A stretch of DNA of 64,000 bases, from the NCBI GenBank assembly GCA_046290225.1, contig JBKAGE010000037.1, positions 64,001 through 128,000 of the forward strand, given 5' to 3'. The position numbers and the translations under genes are program-made. Numbering within the stretch: position 1 is the stretch's first letter; every line of letters starts with the position of its first letter. Below are positions 29,713-40,030 of the stretch, one piece after another. The stretch comes from Bradymonadia bacterium. GTDB taxonomy: Bacteria; Myxococcota_A; Bradymonadia; UBA7976; UBA1532. The notes under the pieces are model-generated. The model did no database searches. It had not been told where the DNA came from and worked only from the letters and a program-made list of their open reading frames with translations.

Positions 29713-29751
29713 CTCACAGCTCGGGCTCACAGCTCGGGCTCACAGCTCAGG
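29713..29751 (+). repeat. 13-bp tandem repeat CTCACAGCTC(G/A)GG, 3 copies
   Basis: Directly visible between two convergent stop codons. Confidence 0.85.
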
Positions 29752-29756
29752 GCCTG

Positions 29757-31610
29757 TCACTGGTAGCCTTCTGCTTGCAGGGTGAACAGCCGGGCGTAGG
29801 TGCCGCCGACCTGCATCAACTGCACATGATCACCCTGCTCGAGCACCCGGCCTTGATCGAGCACCACGATGTGATCCGCCATCCTCACCGTGGAGAAACG
29901 GTGGGAGATCAAAATGGCCATCTTGTCGGTGGCATGTTGCCGCAGATGCTCGAACAAGCGAGATTCAGCCTCGGCATCCATGGCGCTCGTAGGCTCGTCG
30001 AGCACGAGGATGTCGGCCTCGGTGCGCATGAAGGCCCGTGACAACGCGATCTTCTGCCACTGACCCCCAGAGAGCTCCCGACCACCCTTAAACCACCTGC
30101 CCAGCTGGGTGTCGAAGCCTTCGGGCAAAGTCTCGATGAAGGGCGTGGCCTGACCACGCTCGGCGGCCTCGGCCCACCCCTCGGCATCGTCGAAACGACG
30201 CTCATCTCCGGCACCGATGTTCTCGCCTACGGTGAACTGGTAGCGCATGAAATCCTGGAACACTACGGCGACACGGTGTCTGAGGGCATCGACGCGCCAG
30301 TCTTCGATGGGCAGGCCGTCGACGAGGATCCGGCCCGAGGTCGGGGTGTAGAGCCGGGTGAGCAGTTTGATGAGGGTGGTTTTGCCCGAGCCGTTCTCAC
30401 CCACCAGCGCCAGCTTCTGGCCGGGCTTGAGGTGCAAGTTGATGTCGCTCAAGGCCCGCTCGGTGGCCCCCGGGTAGATGAAACTCACCCCCTCGAAGCG
30501 CACACCGTCACCGGGCGACGGCCCTTCAGTGAGGCCCGCCTCTTCGGTCCCGGCGGGTGCATCCTCTTCAGCGTGGTTCAGGTAGGTATAAAGCTCCGAC
30601 AGATAGAGATTGTCTTCGTACATGCCCCCCACGGCGGCGAGCAGCGCAGTGAAGGCGTTCTGACCCTGCCGAAAGACCACGAGATACATGGTCATGGCCC
30701 CGAGGGTGATGGCCCCGGCCATGGCGGTCCACGCGATCCAGGTGTAGGCCCCATAGAACGCCAGGGTACTCACCAGCCCCAGGGTGTACCCCCAGAAACT
30801 CCTGCGCAGGGTCAACGCTCGATCTTCGGCATAGAGCGACTCGAAGATGGCCCGATATCGATCGAGCAACCGGCGCCCCAGGCCATAGATCTTCACCTCT
30901 TTGGCGTAGTCCTCTCGGGCGATGACTGTCTCGAGGTAGGCCTGCTGTCGGGTCTCTGGCGCGCGCCAGCTGAAGAGCCGGAAGGCCCGACCGGCGAAGC
31001 GCGCCTCGGCGATGAAGGCCGGCAAGGCAGCGACGGCCACGATGAGCACGGCCCACCCGGAGAAGGTAAGCAGAAGCCCCGCATAGCCCACGAGGGAGAT
31101 GATGTGCTTGCCCACGTCGAGGGTCCGCCGCACCAGGCTCAACGGGCGAGACGATGCCTGGCGCCGGGCCCGGGTGAGCCGATCGTAGAACTCGGCGTCC
31201 TCGAACCGGGAGAGTTCGAGCGTGAGCGCCTTCTCGAGGATCATGACGTTGACTCGGTGGCCGAGCTGGGCCTTGAGCAAGGCATCGCACAGCCGCAACC
31301 CCCGCTGGATGCCCCGCAACACCACCACCAGACCACCCTCGAGAGCCACCCACCAAAGGGCCGCCTCGCGATCTGCAGTGAGCTGGCTCTTGGTGGCGAC
31401 GATCACCCCGTCGACGATGAGCTGCCCCACATAGGCGATGGCTGCTGGCAACAACCCTGCAGCAAAGGTGAGGGCCACCAGCACCAATGTGAGGCTGCGG
31501 TTGGTGGTCCAAACCAGAGACATGGCTCGGGCGCTGTACTGGAACACGCCAAGGGCGTGCTTCAACCCGGCGTCGGTGCCTTCTCGAGTCTGGGGCGGGT
31601 TTGGTGACAT
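29757..31610 (-). CDS. ABC exporter, fused permease/ATPase
   Basis: TM domain plus GENGSGKTT, LSGGQWQK, LVLDEPTS and ISHRFST. Confidence 0.93.
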   Translation of the reverse strand: MSPNPPQTREGTDAGLKHALGVFQYSARAMSLVWTTNRSLTLVLVALTFAAGLLPAAIAYVGQLIVDGVIVATKSQLTADREAALWWVALEGGLVVVLRGIQRGLRLCDALLKAQLGHRVNVMILEKALTLELSRFEDAEFYDRLTRARRQASSRPLSLVRRTLDVGKHIISLVGYAGLLLTFSGWAVLIVAVAALPAFIAEARFAGRAFRLFSWRAPETRQQAYLETVIAREDYAKEVKIYGLGRRLLDRYRAIFESLYAEDRALTLRRSFWGYTLGLVSTLAFYGAYTWIAWTAMAGAITLGAMTMYLVVFRQGQNAFTALLAAVGGMYEDNLYLSELYTYLNHAEEDAPAGTEEAGLTEGPSPGDGVRFEGVSFIYPGATERALSDINLHLKPGQKLALVGENGSGKTTLIKLLTRLYTPTSGRILVDGLPIEDWRVDALRHRVAVVFQDFMRYQFTVGENIGAGDERRFDDAEGWAEAAERGQATPFIETLPEGFDTQLGRWFKGGRELSGGQWQKIALSRAFMRTEADILVLDEPTSAMDAEAESRLFEHLRQHATDKMAILISHRFSTVRMADHIVVLDQGRVLEQGDHVQLMQVGGTYARLFTLQAEGYQ

Positions 31611-31678
31611 TGCTCGGGAAAGATGCCCGAGGCCTTGCCGAGGGTGCGCCTGCTCGGCTCAGACGATGGCGGATGTGC

Positions 31679-33880
31679 TCAGGGACACTCGAACGTGCCC
31701 AGACGCAGGAACAGCCCCCCTTGCCCCGGATCCGATTCTGTCCACACCACTCTCAGCAGGTCGCTGCCCGCCCCACCTGAGGGGCTGTCTGTCACGATAC
31801 GACCCACGAAAGGCGCGTTGGGGAGGGCGCTCACGATCGGCCGCTGACCCACGCTGCGCATATTGTCACCGAGCCAGCGCAAGGTCAGGAAACGCATGCC
31901 GTTCTCCAACCGTGTGAAGGCCTGGAGATCACTCGAGGCGGTTCCGAAGTGGAAGGTGGGCAGCTCCACCTCACCCGGGTTCAGGCGAGAGGTGGTGAAC
32001 GCCCAGCCCAACTCGTTGGGGGTGAGTGTATAGGTCAAGATTCGATTGAGGCCCGGGTTCCGGAAGCTCACCTGACGCGGGCCACCGGATCGGCCCCAGA
32101 GCGAGAGCGAGGACTCGGGTGTGACCTCATCACTGAAGACCACCTGGGTGATCCTCGGCGCCCTGCCCTCCATCGGCCGCCCGTAACCGTCCCGGTGGAA
32201 CACGCGCATCGTCCGTTGTGGCGCATCTTCAGCGGTGAAGTCGTGGTGGATCGTCACCAACTCGATGCGGTCATCGATCCACAACACGCCAGGGGGCGGT
32301 GTGTCTGGATCGACCCTCAGATGATCGAGGCCCATGTCTTCGATGTTGGTGGCTCCTTGCCCGGGGGTGATCGTGGTGCGGAGCATCTCTGGCCGGCCAC
32401 CCAAATCGCCGTCGAGCAACTCTCGATACTGATCCACCAGCACAAAGGCGGTCACCACGTCGAGATCGACGCCGTTGTCGTCGACAGTGGCACCGGTGGC
32501 GATAAGGTGGCGGGGGGTGCCGAAGAAGTTGTCTTCTGTGGGTAGACCTACGTCTTGGGTGCCGGGGGCCAACGTCAATGAGATCACCTGGTGGTTGTTC
32601 CCGATGATGCCATCACTCCGGACCGCGACCACCACCGCCTGCTGACCCACGACGACCACGTCTACATGGGTGAAGGCGTCACTGCCGATGATCAAACGCT
32701 GCTGTGCATCGCTCACCCCTTGGGGGGTATCGAACCAGTAGTAGAGATCACCGTCGTCGATCCATGCCACAGCGACCAGGCCATTGGCAGCGTCCACCGC
32801 CAGGGCACTCATGTCCTGGATCGGCGCTGAAGGGATCACCCGCCCTGGCGTCGGGGTCGCGTTGCCACAGCCCCGAGGACAGCCCAGCTCCGGCGCCTCG
32901 AACAGCTCATAGTAATAACCTTCGTCACACGTGTACTCGCACTGGCTCAGCCCTTCCCCGGCAACACACTCGGTGGAGGCAACGTTGAGCAGATCATTCA
33001 CTGGGCAAAGTTGCTCCGGGGGGGCTTCGTCGGGCTGGCCATCACAATCATCGTCGAGGCCATTGCACAGTTCCTCTGAGGGATCACCAGGGGTGCAGAC
33101 GTTGACCTGCTCCCTGTCGACGCACTGGATGCTGCCCGTCGCTCGACATACACCCACACCACAGGTGATCTCGACCGAGACATAGCCCTCATCGACCAGC
33201 CCGTCACAATCCTCATCCACGCCATTGCAGGTCGCGTCGACTTCGTCTTCCCCTGGCTCTTCTGCCTGCGCGTCGCACACCTGCTCTCCTTCGAGACATA
33301 TCAACTCGCCTTCAGCTCGGCACAGACCGATGCCCGCAAAACATGGCTCACCTGGAGGCACATAGTCTTCGTCGAACCGGTTGTCGCAGTCATCGTCCAG
33401 GCCATTGCACAGATCAGGCTGGCCGGCGCCAGGACATGCAGCATCGGGTATACCCACATCTGGCAGCTCAGCATCTGGTAGCTCAGCATCGGGTATACCC
33501 ACATCTGGCAGCGCCATATCAGGCACATCGGCGTCGGGCAGCAGAGCGTCAGGCGCGTCCACCCTCATGTCCGACATACCCTCATCAGGGGCTGCAGCAT
33601 CAGATGTAGCGGCATCTGGCACGTCAGAGTCCCGCAGGGGCGGGTCTTCCACCTCGGCATCCTCCGCCTGCATGGCGTCGGTGTCGGGCCCTATGTCCCC
33701 TACCCCCTCTTCCGGCAGATCAGCCGAGTCCTGCTCGCCATGGATGGGCGTGCAGATGCCCACGGAGAGCACGCAGTACTGCTCTCGCGGACACACGCTG
33801 TCATCTTCACATTGCGTCTCGAACTCCGGAGAGCAGGCCACGCATGCGAGCACATACACTATGAGGAGGAGACGTCTCAC
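31679..33880 (-). CDS. Cys-rich surface lipoprotein, paralog 1
   Basis: Lipobox CVAC; EC/QC..D..CP module; PD-rich linker; CNG.DDDCD...DE repeats; beta-rich C-domain ending LRLGTFECP. Confidence 0.85.
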   Translation of the reverse strand: MRRLLLIVYVLACVACSPEFETQCEDDSVCPREQYCVLSVGICTPIHGEQDSADLPEEGVGDIGPDTDAMQAEDAEVEDPPLRDSDVPDAATSDAAAPDEGMSDMRVDAPDALLPDADVPDMALPDVGIPDAELPDAELPDVGIPDAACPGAGQPDLCNGLDDDCDNRFDEDYVPPGEPCFAGIGLCRAEGELICLEGEQVCDAQAEEPGEDEVDATCNGVDEDCDGLVDEGYVSVEITCGVGVCRATGSIQCVDREQVNVCTPGDPSEELCNGLDDDCDGQPDEAPPEQLCPVNDLLNVASTECVAGEGLSQCEYTCDEGYYYELFEAPELGCPRGCGNATPTPGRVIPSAPIQDMSALAVDAANGLVAVAWIDDGDLYYWFDTPQGVSDAQQRLIIGSDAFTHVDVVVVGQQAVVVAVRSDGIIGNNHQVISLTLAPGTQDVGLPTEDNFFGTPRHLIATGATVDDNGVDLDVVTAFVLVDQYRELLDGDLGGRPEMLRTTITPGQGATNIEDMGLDHLRVDPDTPPPGVLWIDDRIELVTIHHDFTAEDAPQRTMRVFHRDGYGRPMEGRAPRITQVVFSDEVTPESSLSLWGRSGGPRQVSFRNPGLNRILTYTLTPNELGWAFTTSRLNPGEVELPTFHFGTASSDLQAFTRLENGMRFLTLRWLGDNMRSVGQRPIVSALPNAPFVGRIVTDSPSGGAGSDLLRVVWTESDPGQGGLFLRLGTFECP

Positions 33881-33969
33881 TGACCCTTCTTTCACCTCGT
33901 GAGAGCTTCACACTCTCAGAATCCACGCTTCCGCTCACCAGCGACACACACAGGTGCATCGCGGTTGCG

Positions 33970-33998
33970 AAAGTACGCCGACAAGGCAGTCTAATCAA
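33970..33998 (-). promoter_or_regulatory. Putative sigma70-like promoter of paralog 1
   Basis: TTGATT-N17-TACTTT. Confidence 0.5.
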
Positions 33999-34014
33999 AG
34001 GTCAGTCAGGGACA

Positions 34015-36150
34015 TCAATGACAGGTGATCTCGGCGAAGCGCAGAACAGCAGCTTCTCCAGGGGCATCAGCGCCGGGGTTGTCGTCGACCCAGACAGCCG
34101 CGAGCCGCCCACCGCCGAGTGAGGTGAGCGTACCCCAAACAGGTCCGTTTGTTTCCCCTTGGAACAACCGCGTTGCCCGACCATCCAGGCCCGGTGCATA
34201 GGCAGTGGGTTCCATGCGTTCGCGGGTGTTGTTGAACGCCATCTCCACATCGCTGAGCACCCAGAGCGAGCGGCCACCAAGCCTTTGGGCGTAGGCCACC
34301 ATCCATCGCTCACCGGTGTAGATTGGTTGCAGCCCACCGGAGATATTGATCGGGCCACGGCCCGAGTTCGAGAAGCTCCAGCTCTCACTCTCAGGATCGT
34401 AATTGAGCATGTAGAGGATCATGGGCTGGAAGCCCTCGCCGACATAGACCAGCAAACGCTCCGATGCATCACCAGGCTGCCCACCCAGTACGAGGTCGGA
34501 ATCGCTCGCATCAGGTCGCTCTGCAGGCAGAAGGATCTCATTGAACAGCCGCTCTGAGGCTGCAGGGGGACCATCGTCGGCGATCTGGATGTTGGCCACT
34601 CGATCGTAGAAGTGCAGCCACCAGACCCGGGGCTCGTCGTCATCGGAGAAACCCACACTCTGTATACGATCGCCCGAAGTCCACATGCCCATGGCCAGGG
34701 CGTTCTCGCCGAGGACCGGCATCTCGAGCTCGAGCGGCTGCACCACGGGGACGAACTGCCCTGGATTGATCAACATCTGAGCCGAGAGATTCTCTCCGTT
34801 GTCCCCCTCGGTGAGGGCATACGCCACCACATACGTCTGCGCGCCCACGTCCACGACCCCAAGGGTGAAACGTCGGATGTGCCCGGGGAAGTTCGATCGC
34901 GTGCTTCTCGTGATGTTGCCGCTCCCGTCGATCTCGTAGATCGTCAGGCGGGTGTCTCCAGTGGCGGCATTGCTGGCCAGCACACCGATGAACATCGACT
35001 GCGCATAGGCCACGACCTCTACCTGCAGGTGCCCTCTGCCCTCATCGAGGGCCACCGCCCGAACCGGAGTGATGGTGCCGTCGGCTCCACGCACCAGATA
35101 TTTCACCTGGGCGCCGTCGAGCCACGCCACCACGAACTGGTCATTCGACGAGGCCACAGCCAGGTCTCGAACGTTCTCCAGCGTCAACGGCGCCAGCACC
35201 TCGCCTCCAGCCTGCATACCAGTGAGATCACACCCTCGCTCACACCCGTCACTGTCATCGAGGAAGAGGTCGCTGTTGGGATCTGTGAACCCTTCGATGC
35301 ACGCGTAATCACACACATCTCCGCCTTCCGGGCACTCAGAGGTGGCGTTCGCCTTTGGCGCGCAAATGGGTGACTCCGGACGATCTTCATCGGAGGCACC
35401 GTCACAATCATCGTCGAGCCCGTTACACGTCTCGGGGCTCGCAGGGCCCTCGACGACTGGCAAACGAGTCACCTCGTCCAGACACGCAACAGCAGAGTCT
35501 CGACAGACCTCGACCCCCTCGACGCTGCACACCCCCAACCCGACAGTACATGACGAGCCATCGACGAAGCCCTCGTCGGCTCGACCATCGCAGTCATCAT
35601 CTCGTCCATCACATGTGGTGTCGGGCGTGGGCCCACCGACAGGACACGGAATCTCTGCGTCAGGGACCTCCATATCGGGGATCTCTGCGTCGGGCACCTG
35701 CATGTCGGGCACCTCGACATCAGGTGACATGGCGTCGGGGATCTCCATGTCGACGTCACCCATGTCTGGCATCTCGGCATCTGGCTCGCCCATGTCGGGC
35801 AACATGGCATCTGGTGGCAACGCATCATCGGAGATCTCCATATCGGGGATCTCCATGTCGGCCTCACCCATGTCCGGGCTGCCCATGTCCAGAGGACCCA
35901 TGTCTGCCGTCACCATGCTCGCGTCGTCTGGCAAGGCGGCATCATCGGTCGAGGCATCTGGCTCATCGACGCCCACCCCGAGATCGGGAGACATGATCAG
36001 CGCTGAGGTGCACAGCCCCACACGGGTCACACAGGCAGGCGCAGCAGGTGGGCAATCATTGTCGCTGCTGCACTCCGTTTCAAAGCTCGCAGTGCACCCC
36101 ACAATGCACGTACCGAGCAGCAAAAAGACTGACAGATGGCGTGTGAGCAC
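34015..36150 (-). CDS. Cys-rich surface lipoprotein, paralog 2
   Basis: Lipobox IVGC; same architecture; ends LRFAEITCH. Confidence 0.85.
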   Translation of the reverse strand: MLTRHLSVFLLLGTCIVGCTASFETECSSDNDCPPAAPACVTRVGLCTSALIMSPDLGVGVDEPDASTDDAALPDDASMVTADMGPLDMGSPDMGEADMEIPDMEISDDALPPDAMLPDMGEPDAEMPDMGDVDMEIPDAMSPDVEVPDMQVPDAEIPDMEVPDAEIPCPVGGPTPDTTCDGRDDDCDGRADEGFVDGSSCTVGLGVCSVEGVEVCRDSAVACLDEVTRLPVVEGPASPETCNGLDDDCDGASDEDRPESPICAPKANATSECPEGGDVCDYACIEGFTDPNSDLFLDDSDGCERGCDLTGMQAGGEVLAPLTLENVRDLAVASSNDQFVVAWLDGAQVKYLVRGADGTITPVRAVALDEGRGHLQVEVVAYAQSMFIGVLASNAATGDTRLTIYEIDGSGNITRSTRSNFPGHIRRFTLGVVDVGAQTYVVAYALTEGDNGENLSAQMLINPGQFVPVVQPLELEMPVLGENALAMGMWTSGDRIQSVGFSDDDEPRVWWLHFYDRVANIQIADDGPPAASERLFNEILLPAERPDASDSDLVLGGQPGDASERLLVYVGEGFQPMILYMLNYDPESESWSFSNSGRGPINISGGLQPIYTGERWMVAYAQRLGGRSLWVLSDVEMAFNNTRERMEPTAYAPGLDGRATRLFQGETNGPVWGTLTSLGGGRLAAVWVDDNPGADAPGEAAVLRFAEITCH

Positions 36151-36335
36151 TTGATCTCACTCCTAGAGGCCAGCTCGAAAGACCGTCACAACGTCGTCCT
36201 TCGGGCAGTGGCAAACGCGCAGCATCTGGAAGGACTGGACAGAGTCCTTCGACACCGCAATGCGCTCAATTGGCACAAAATCCGTATTTTGATGCAAATC
36301 GGCGAGGAGAGGGCTCAAGCTGAGGGCCTCAAACG

Positions 36336-38849
36336 CTACTCACAGATCATTTGTCCCAGACGGATCTGGCCTGTGGCGCCATTCACCGGCACATCCAAAG
36401 GCGAGGTCCACACCATCCGGAGTGTGTCGGCCCCGATGAACGCCCCGGCACTCTGGAAGTTGCTTCCAACTGTGCTGATCAAGGTCGCCACCCCAAGCTC
36501 ATCGAGATTGGGCTGCAAAAACCGAAGGTTGAGTGCAGAGACGTCTACAGTGCGCGTTGCGTAGAGCTGAATCGGCCCCACCGCGCTGCTGAAGATCTGA
36601 GGACGCCCGATGACTTCGTCTGGTCCTTGGAAGGGGCCGGCAAGGCTAATGTCTGCGTCGAACAGCCGCAGTGTGTAGAGGTGGCCGCTCTCTCCTCGGT
36701 AGGTCACGAGCGGATCCACATTTTCCTGCCCGGCAACGGACCAGATCGAGAGATCACTCGCCGGTGCCACCGACTCGAGCAGAATCTGAGTGAGCTCAGG
36801 TGGCGCCAGAACTTGCCCACCCCCACCGTCTGCATCCCGCCAGAAGTAGTTGAGGCTCGCCCCACCGATTTGAGGCGCGCCCACCGTGACGAGACGGAGC
36901 CCGACGAGGCGACCCACAAAGGCCGCCATGGGAGAGCCTGTACCCACCGGAGGGGGTACGCTCAACAACATCGGTACGAGATCTTCGGCCGTGAGCACAG
37001 GTGCAGATGCGTCGAAGCGCAGCCTCACGATGTCTGCATTGCGACCTCCAAAGTCGAAGACCTGACCGAGGACGAGTCCTTGATGATCGAGTGGCACATC
37101 TGCGTTGTTGGGATCGGCAACCTGCACCTCACCCACGGTCACCGCTGTGACGGGGGCGTTGGCCTCTGCAGAGATCGGCGCAGGCTCCGGCACGTTCGCC
37201 GTCGGAGCCCACACCTTCAATCTGCCTAGTCTATCGGCTCCACCGATCAGGTTTTCTGCAATGGCGATGACGGGCCGCGTGCCCACCATCGCCACATCGA
37301 GATCATCAAAACGACGCCCAGGCGGCGCGGAGATCGTGAAGGGCCCCAATCCACCTTCGCCGGCAACCCCGAGCCAGTACTTCAGCTCACCACCTTCGAA
37401 CCACGCCACGAGGGTCTGCTGGGCATTGCCCGTGACTCTGAGCTCGGACACGTCCGCGAGCACGACATCGCTGATCAAAGCCCCTGGGATCAGGGCGCTG
37501 GCATCGCAGCCGCGTACACACCCGCCTTCATCATCGTTGATGTACCCAGGGATGCATTGGGTGATGCACTCACCACCCACACATACTTGCTGCATGTTCG
37601 GCATGGGCACCACGTCCGCACACAGCTCGACTGCCTGCTCGTCGACACTGCCGTCACAGTCATTGTCCCGGCCATCACACACCTCGTCTTGCGGCAAGAC
37701 CACAGGTATTTCGGTGAAGCACTCCATGCCTTCGGCGTTGCAAATGGTCGTACCGCGACGGACGCAGATGCCCTCACCGATGAGGCACGGTTGATCCGCC
37801 AATTCCTCGTCTACGAGGCCATCGCAATCATTGTCCTGGTCATCACAGATCTCGTCGGTGATGTGCGCCTCTGGGGGTACGTGGGTGAGGCAAAATGCGT
37901 TCCCCTCTGCATCACAGGCGAGCACGCCTGAGTACTCACACGCCTGGACCTGCAACTGACAGGTGTCGCCGATGCCTGGGAAGCCCTCGTCGGTGCGACC
38001 GTCACAATCATTGTCCACCCCATCACACGCCTCGTTCCCGAAGGGATGTGGAGGCGGATCGAGGGGCTCGCATCGAAATGCTTCTTCCACACAGATCCGT
38101 GTGCCTTCGATCTCACATTGACCAAAGGGCGCGTCGAAACACGGACCGAAGCCGCCTTCGTCGATGACACCATCACAATCATTGTCGGCCCCGTCACATT
38201 GCTCTGGTACGGGCTCGCTGACCTCTCTGCCGTCAGCGTCACAGAACAGCGTCTCGCTGCCGTTGCAGATCCAGACGCCGCGGTACTCGCACTCTCCCAA
38301 GCCCATGACACAGGGCAGTTCGAAGCGCTCCAGCTCTTCTTCAGGGACCCGCTCACACTCAGGGGGGAACATGACCTCGGCGTCTGGCACTTCAGCGTCT
38401 GGCACTTCAGCGTCTGGCACCTCGACGTCGGGCATCATCATATCTTCGACATCACCGTCAGGCGCCCCTACATCAGGGGTCTCGGCATCGACCATGCCCT
38501 CATCAGGGGCTTCGCCATCTGAAGGCTCGCTGTCTGGTATCTCGCTGTCAGGGATCTCGCTGTCTGGCAGCTCAGCATCAGACAACGCAGCATCAAAGCC
38601 TTCAGCATCAGAGGCGTCGATCTCCACGCTGACGTCCGACGTCATGAACAGATCAGCATCCTCAGCCCTCTCGGTGTCAGCATCACCGATGCCTGACTTG
38701 AAGCGACTGCACACACCGGCCTCGATGCAAAACGGTGTATGTGACGGACAATCCTCATCAACAGCACACTCGGCCTCCACCTCGGGGGTGCACCCCGTCA
38801 ACGAGAGGCCTGCACAGGCCAGCAGCGTCAAAACCCAGCGTCTCATCAT
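36336..38849 (-). CDS. Cys-rich surface lipoprotein, paralog 3
   Basis: MMRRWV...LTGC; four CDG.DNDCDG-type repeats; ends IRLGQMICE. Confidence 0.85.
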   Translation of the reverse strand: MMRRWVLTLLACAGLSLTGCTPEVEAECAVDEDCPSHTPFCIEAGVCSRFKSGIGDADTERAEDADLFMTSDVSVEIDASDAEGFDAALSDAELPDSEIPDSEIPDSEPSDGEAPDEGMVDAETPDVGAPDGDVEDMMMPDVEVPDAEVPDAEVPDAEVMFPPECERVPEEELERFELPCVMGLGECEYRGVWICNGSETLFCDADGREVSEPVPEQCDGADNDCDGVIDEGGFGPCFDAPFGQCEIEGTRICVEEAFRCEPLDPPPHPFGNEACDGVDNDCDGRTDEGFPGIGDTCQLQVQACEYSGVLACDAEGNAFCLTHVPPEAHITDEICDDQDNDCDGLVDEELADQPCLIGEGICVRRGTTICNAEGMECFTEIPVVLPQDEVCDGRDNDCDGSVDEQAVELCADVVPMPNMQQVCVGGECITQCIPGYINDDEGGCVRGCDASALIPGALISDVVLADVSELRVTGNAQQTLVAWFEGGELKYWLGVAGEGGLGPFTISAPPGRRFDDLDVAMVGTRPVIAIAENLIGGADRLGRLKVWAPTANVPEPAPISAEANAPVTAVTVGEVQVADPNNADVPLDHQGLVLGQVFDFGGRNADIVRLRFDASAPVLTAEDLVPMLLSVPPPVGTGSPMAAFVGRLVGLRLVTVGAPQIGGASLNYFWRDADGGGGQVLAPPELTQILLESVAPASDLSIWSVAGQENVDPLVTYRGESGHLYTLRLFDADISLAGPFQGPDEVIGRPQIFSSAVGPIQLYATRTVDVSALNLRFLQPNLDELGVATLISTVGSNFQSAGAFIGADTLRMVWTSPLDVPVNGATGQIRLGQMICE

Positions 38850-38876
38850 GTTCCAGCGAGATTTAAATGCGCCGCC

Positions 38877-38905
38877 AGCGTAGTGCGCGGCGACGCACGA
38901 ATCCA
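38877..38905 (-). promoter_or_regulatory. Putative promoter of paralog 3
   Basis: TGGATT-N17-TACGCT; boxes conserved with paralog 4 while the spacer differs. Confidence 0.55.
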
Positions 38906-39023
38906 CCATGGCCCGGATCAAGCGCAGGGCAATCGACTTGCTCGGCCACCTCGTGTCACACTGTCGGGCAATCGAACCTGTCCAGGAGCTTCTCTGGTGT
39001 CACCTCGCAGCTGGCGTCTCGCC

Positions 39024-40001
39024 ATGGCACGTGGCCCCCTCACACTCTGCGTGTGCTGGCTCACCCTCGTATTCTCCATCTGCTTCACCGCCTCGGCGCT
39101 GGCTCAGACACCGAACGATCCCGGTGCGAGAGCACAGCAGCTCTACAGCGAGGGCAAGGCCTTGTACGCCGAGAAGAAGTACAAAGCCGCGGCGGAGAAA
39201 TTCGAAGCAGCCTACGCCTTCGATCCGAACCCCGTGCTGCTCTTCAACCTCGCCCGGGCGTACGAAGAAGCGGGCGAATATCAGAAGGCCACTCAGTGGT
39301 ACGAGGCCTACCTCGCTCGATACCAGGACGACAAAGACGCTGACGCAGTGCGGCACCGGATTCACCTGCTCAAGCAGCTGATCGCCCGGAACAAGCCCGG
39401 CACGCTGCACATCGTCAGCCTGCCTGCGAGCACAGCCCTGAAGTTCAACGGTGTGCCGGCCCCGGCCCCCACCAGCCCGGGGCACTGGTCACTGGCTCCC
39501 GGTGACTACACCCTCGAAGCCCTCGACGCTCAGGGTCAAGTCACGTGGCAGACCAAGGCCAAGATCGACGCCAGCGCCAAGACTGAGGTCATCTTCACCG
39601 CCACCCTCGTGGAGCCTGCGGAGCCCTGGTACAGCTCGGGCACCGGCATCGGCGCCATCAGCCTGCTCAGCGTCGGCGGCCTCGCCCTGCTCGGTGCGGC
39701 CTTCTTCGAACTGCAACAGGCTGGCGCCGAGTCGGACTACGACGATGCACAGTCTGCGCTCCGAAGCGGTGAAGGGGGCCCCGAGGCGGTGTCACGACAC
39801 GAGTCGGCCATCCTCACCGCACGAGATGACGCCGAGCGCTTCGACAGCTGGAGCAACGTCATGTGGATCGCGGGCGGGATTTGTGCCGCCGGTGGCACGG
39901 GGCTGCTGCTCTGGAGCATGAGCGACGATGCGCCTTCCACCGCCCCCTCGGGCAAGATCACTGTGGCCCCCAACGGGCTCTTCTTCACCGGCAGCTTCTG
40001 A
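39024..40001 (+). CDS. TPR plus PEGA-like secreted/membrane protein
   Basis: Signal peptide, TPR (LLFNLARAYE...A...Y..YL), beta domain, two hydrophobic segments, C-terminal GLFFTGSF. Confidence 0.82.
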   Translation: MARGPLTLCVCWLTLVFSICFTASALAQTPNDPGARAQQLYSEGKALYAEKKYKAAAEKFEAAYAFDPNPVLLFNLARAYEEAGEYQKATQWYEAYLARYQDDKDADAVRHRIHLLKQLIARNKPGTLHIVSLPASTALKFNGVPAPAPTSPGHWSLAPGDYTLEALDAQGQVTWQTKAKIDASAKTEVIFTATLVEPAEPWYSSGTGIGAISLLSVGGLALLGAAFFELQQAGAESDYDDAQSALRSGEGGPEAVSRHESAILTARDDAERFDSWSNVMWIAGGICAAGGTGLLLWSMSDDAPSTAPSGKITVAPNGLFFTGSF

Positions 40002-40030
40002 CGCCAGGCACATCCACCTGCCAGAACACG

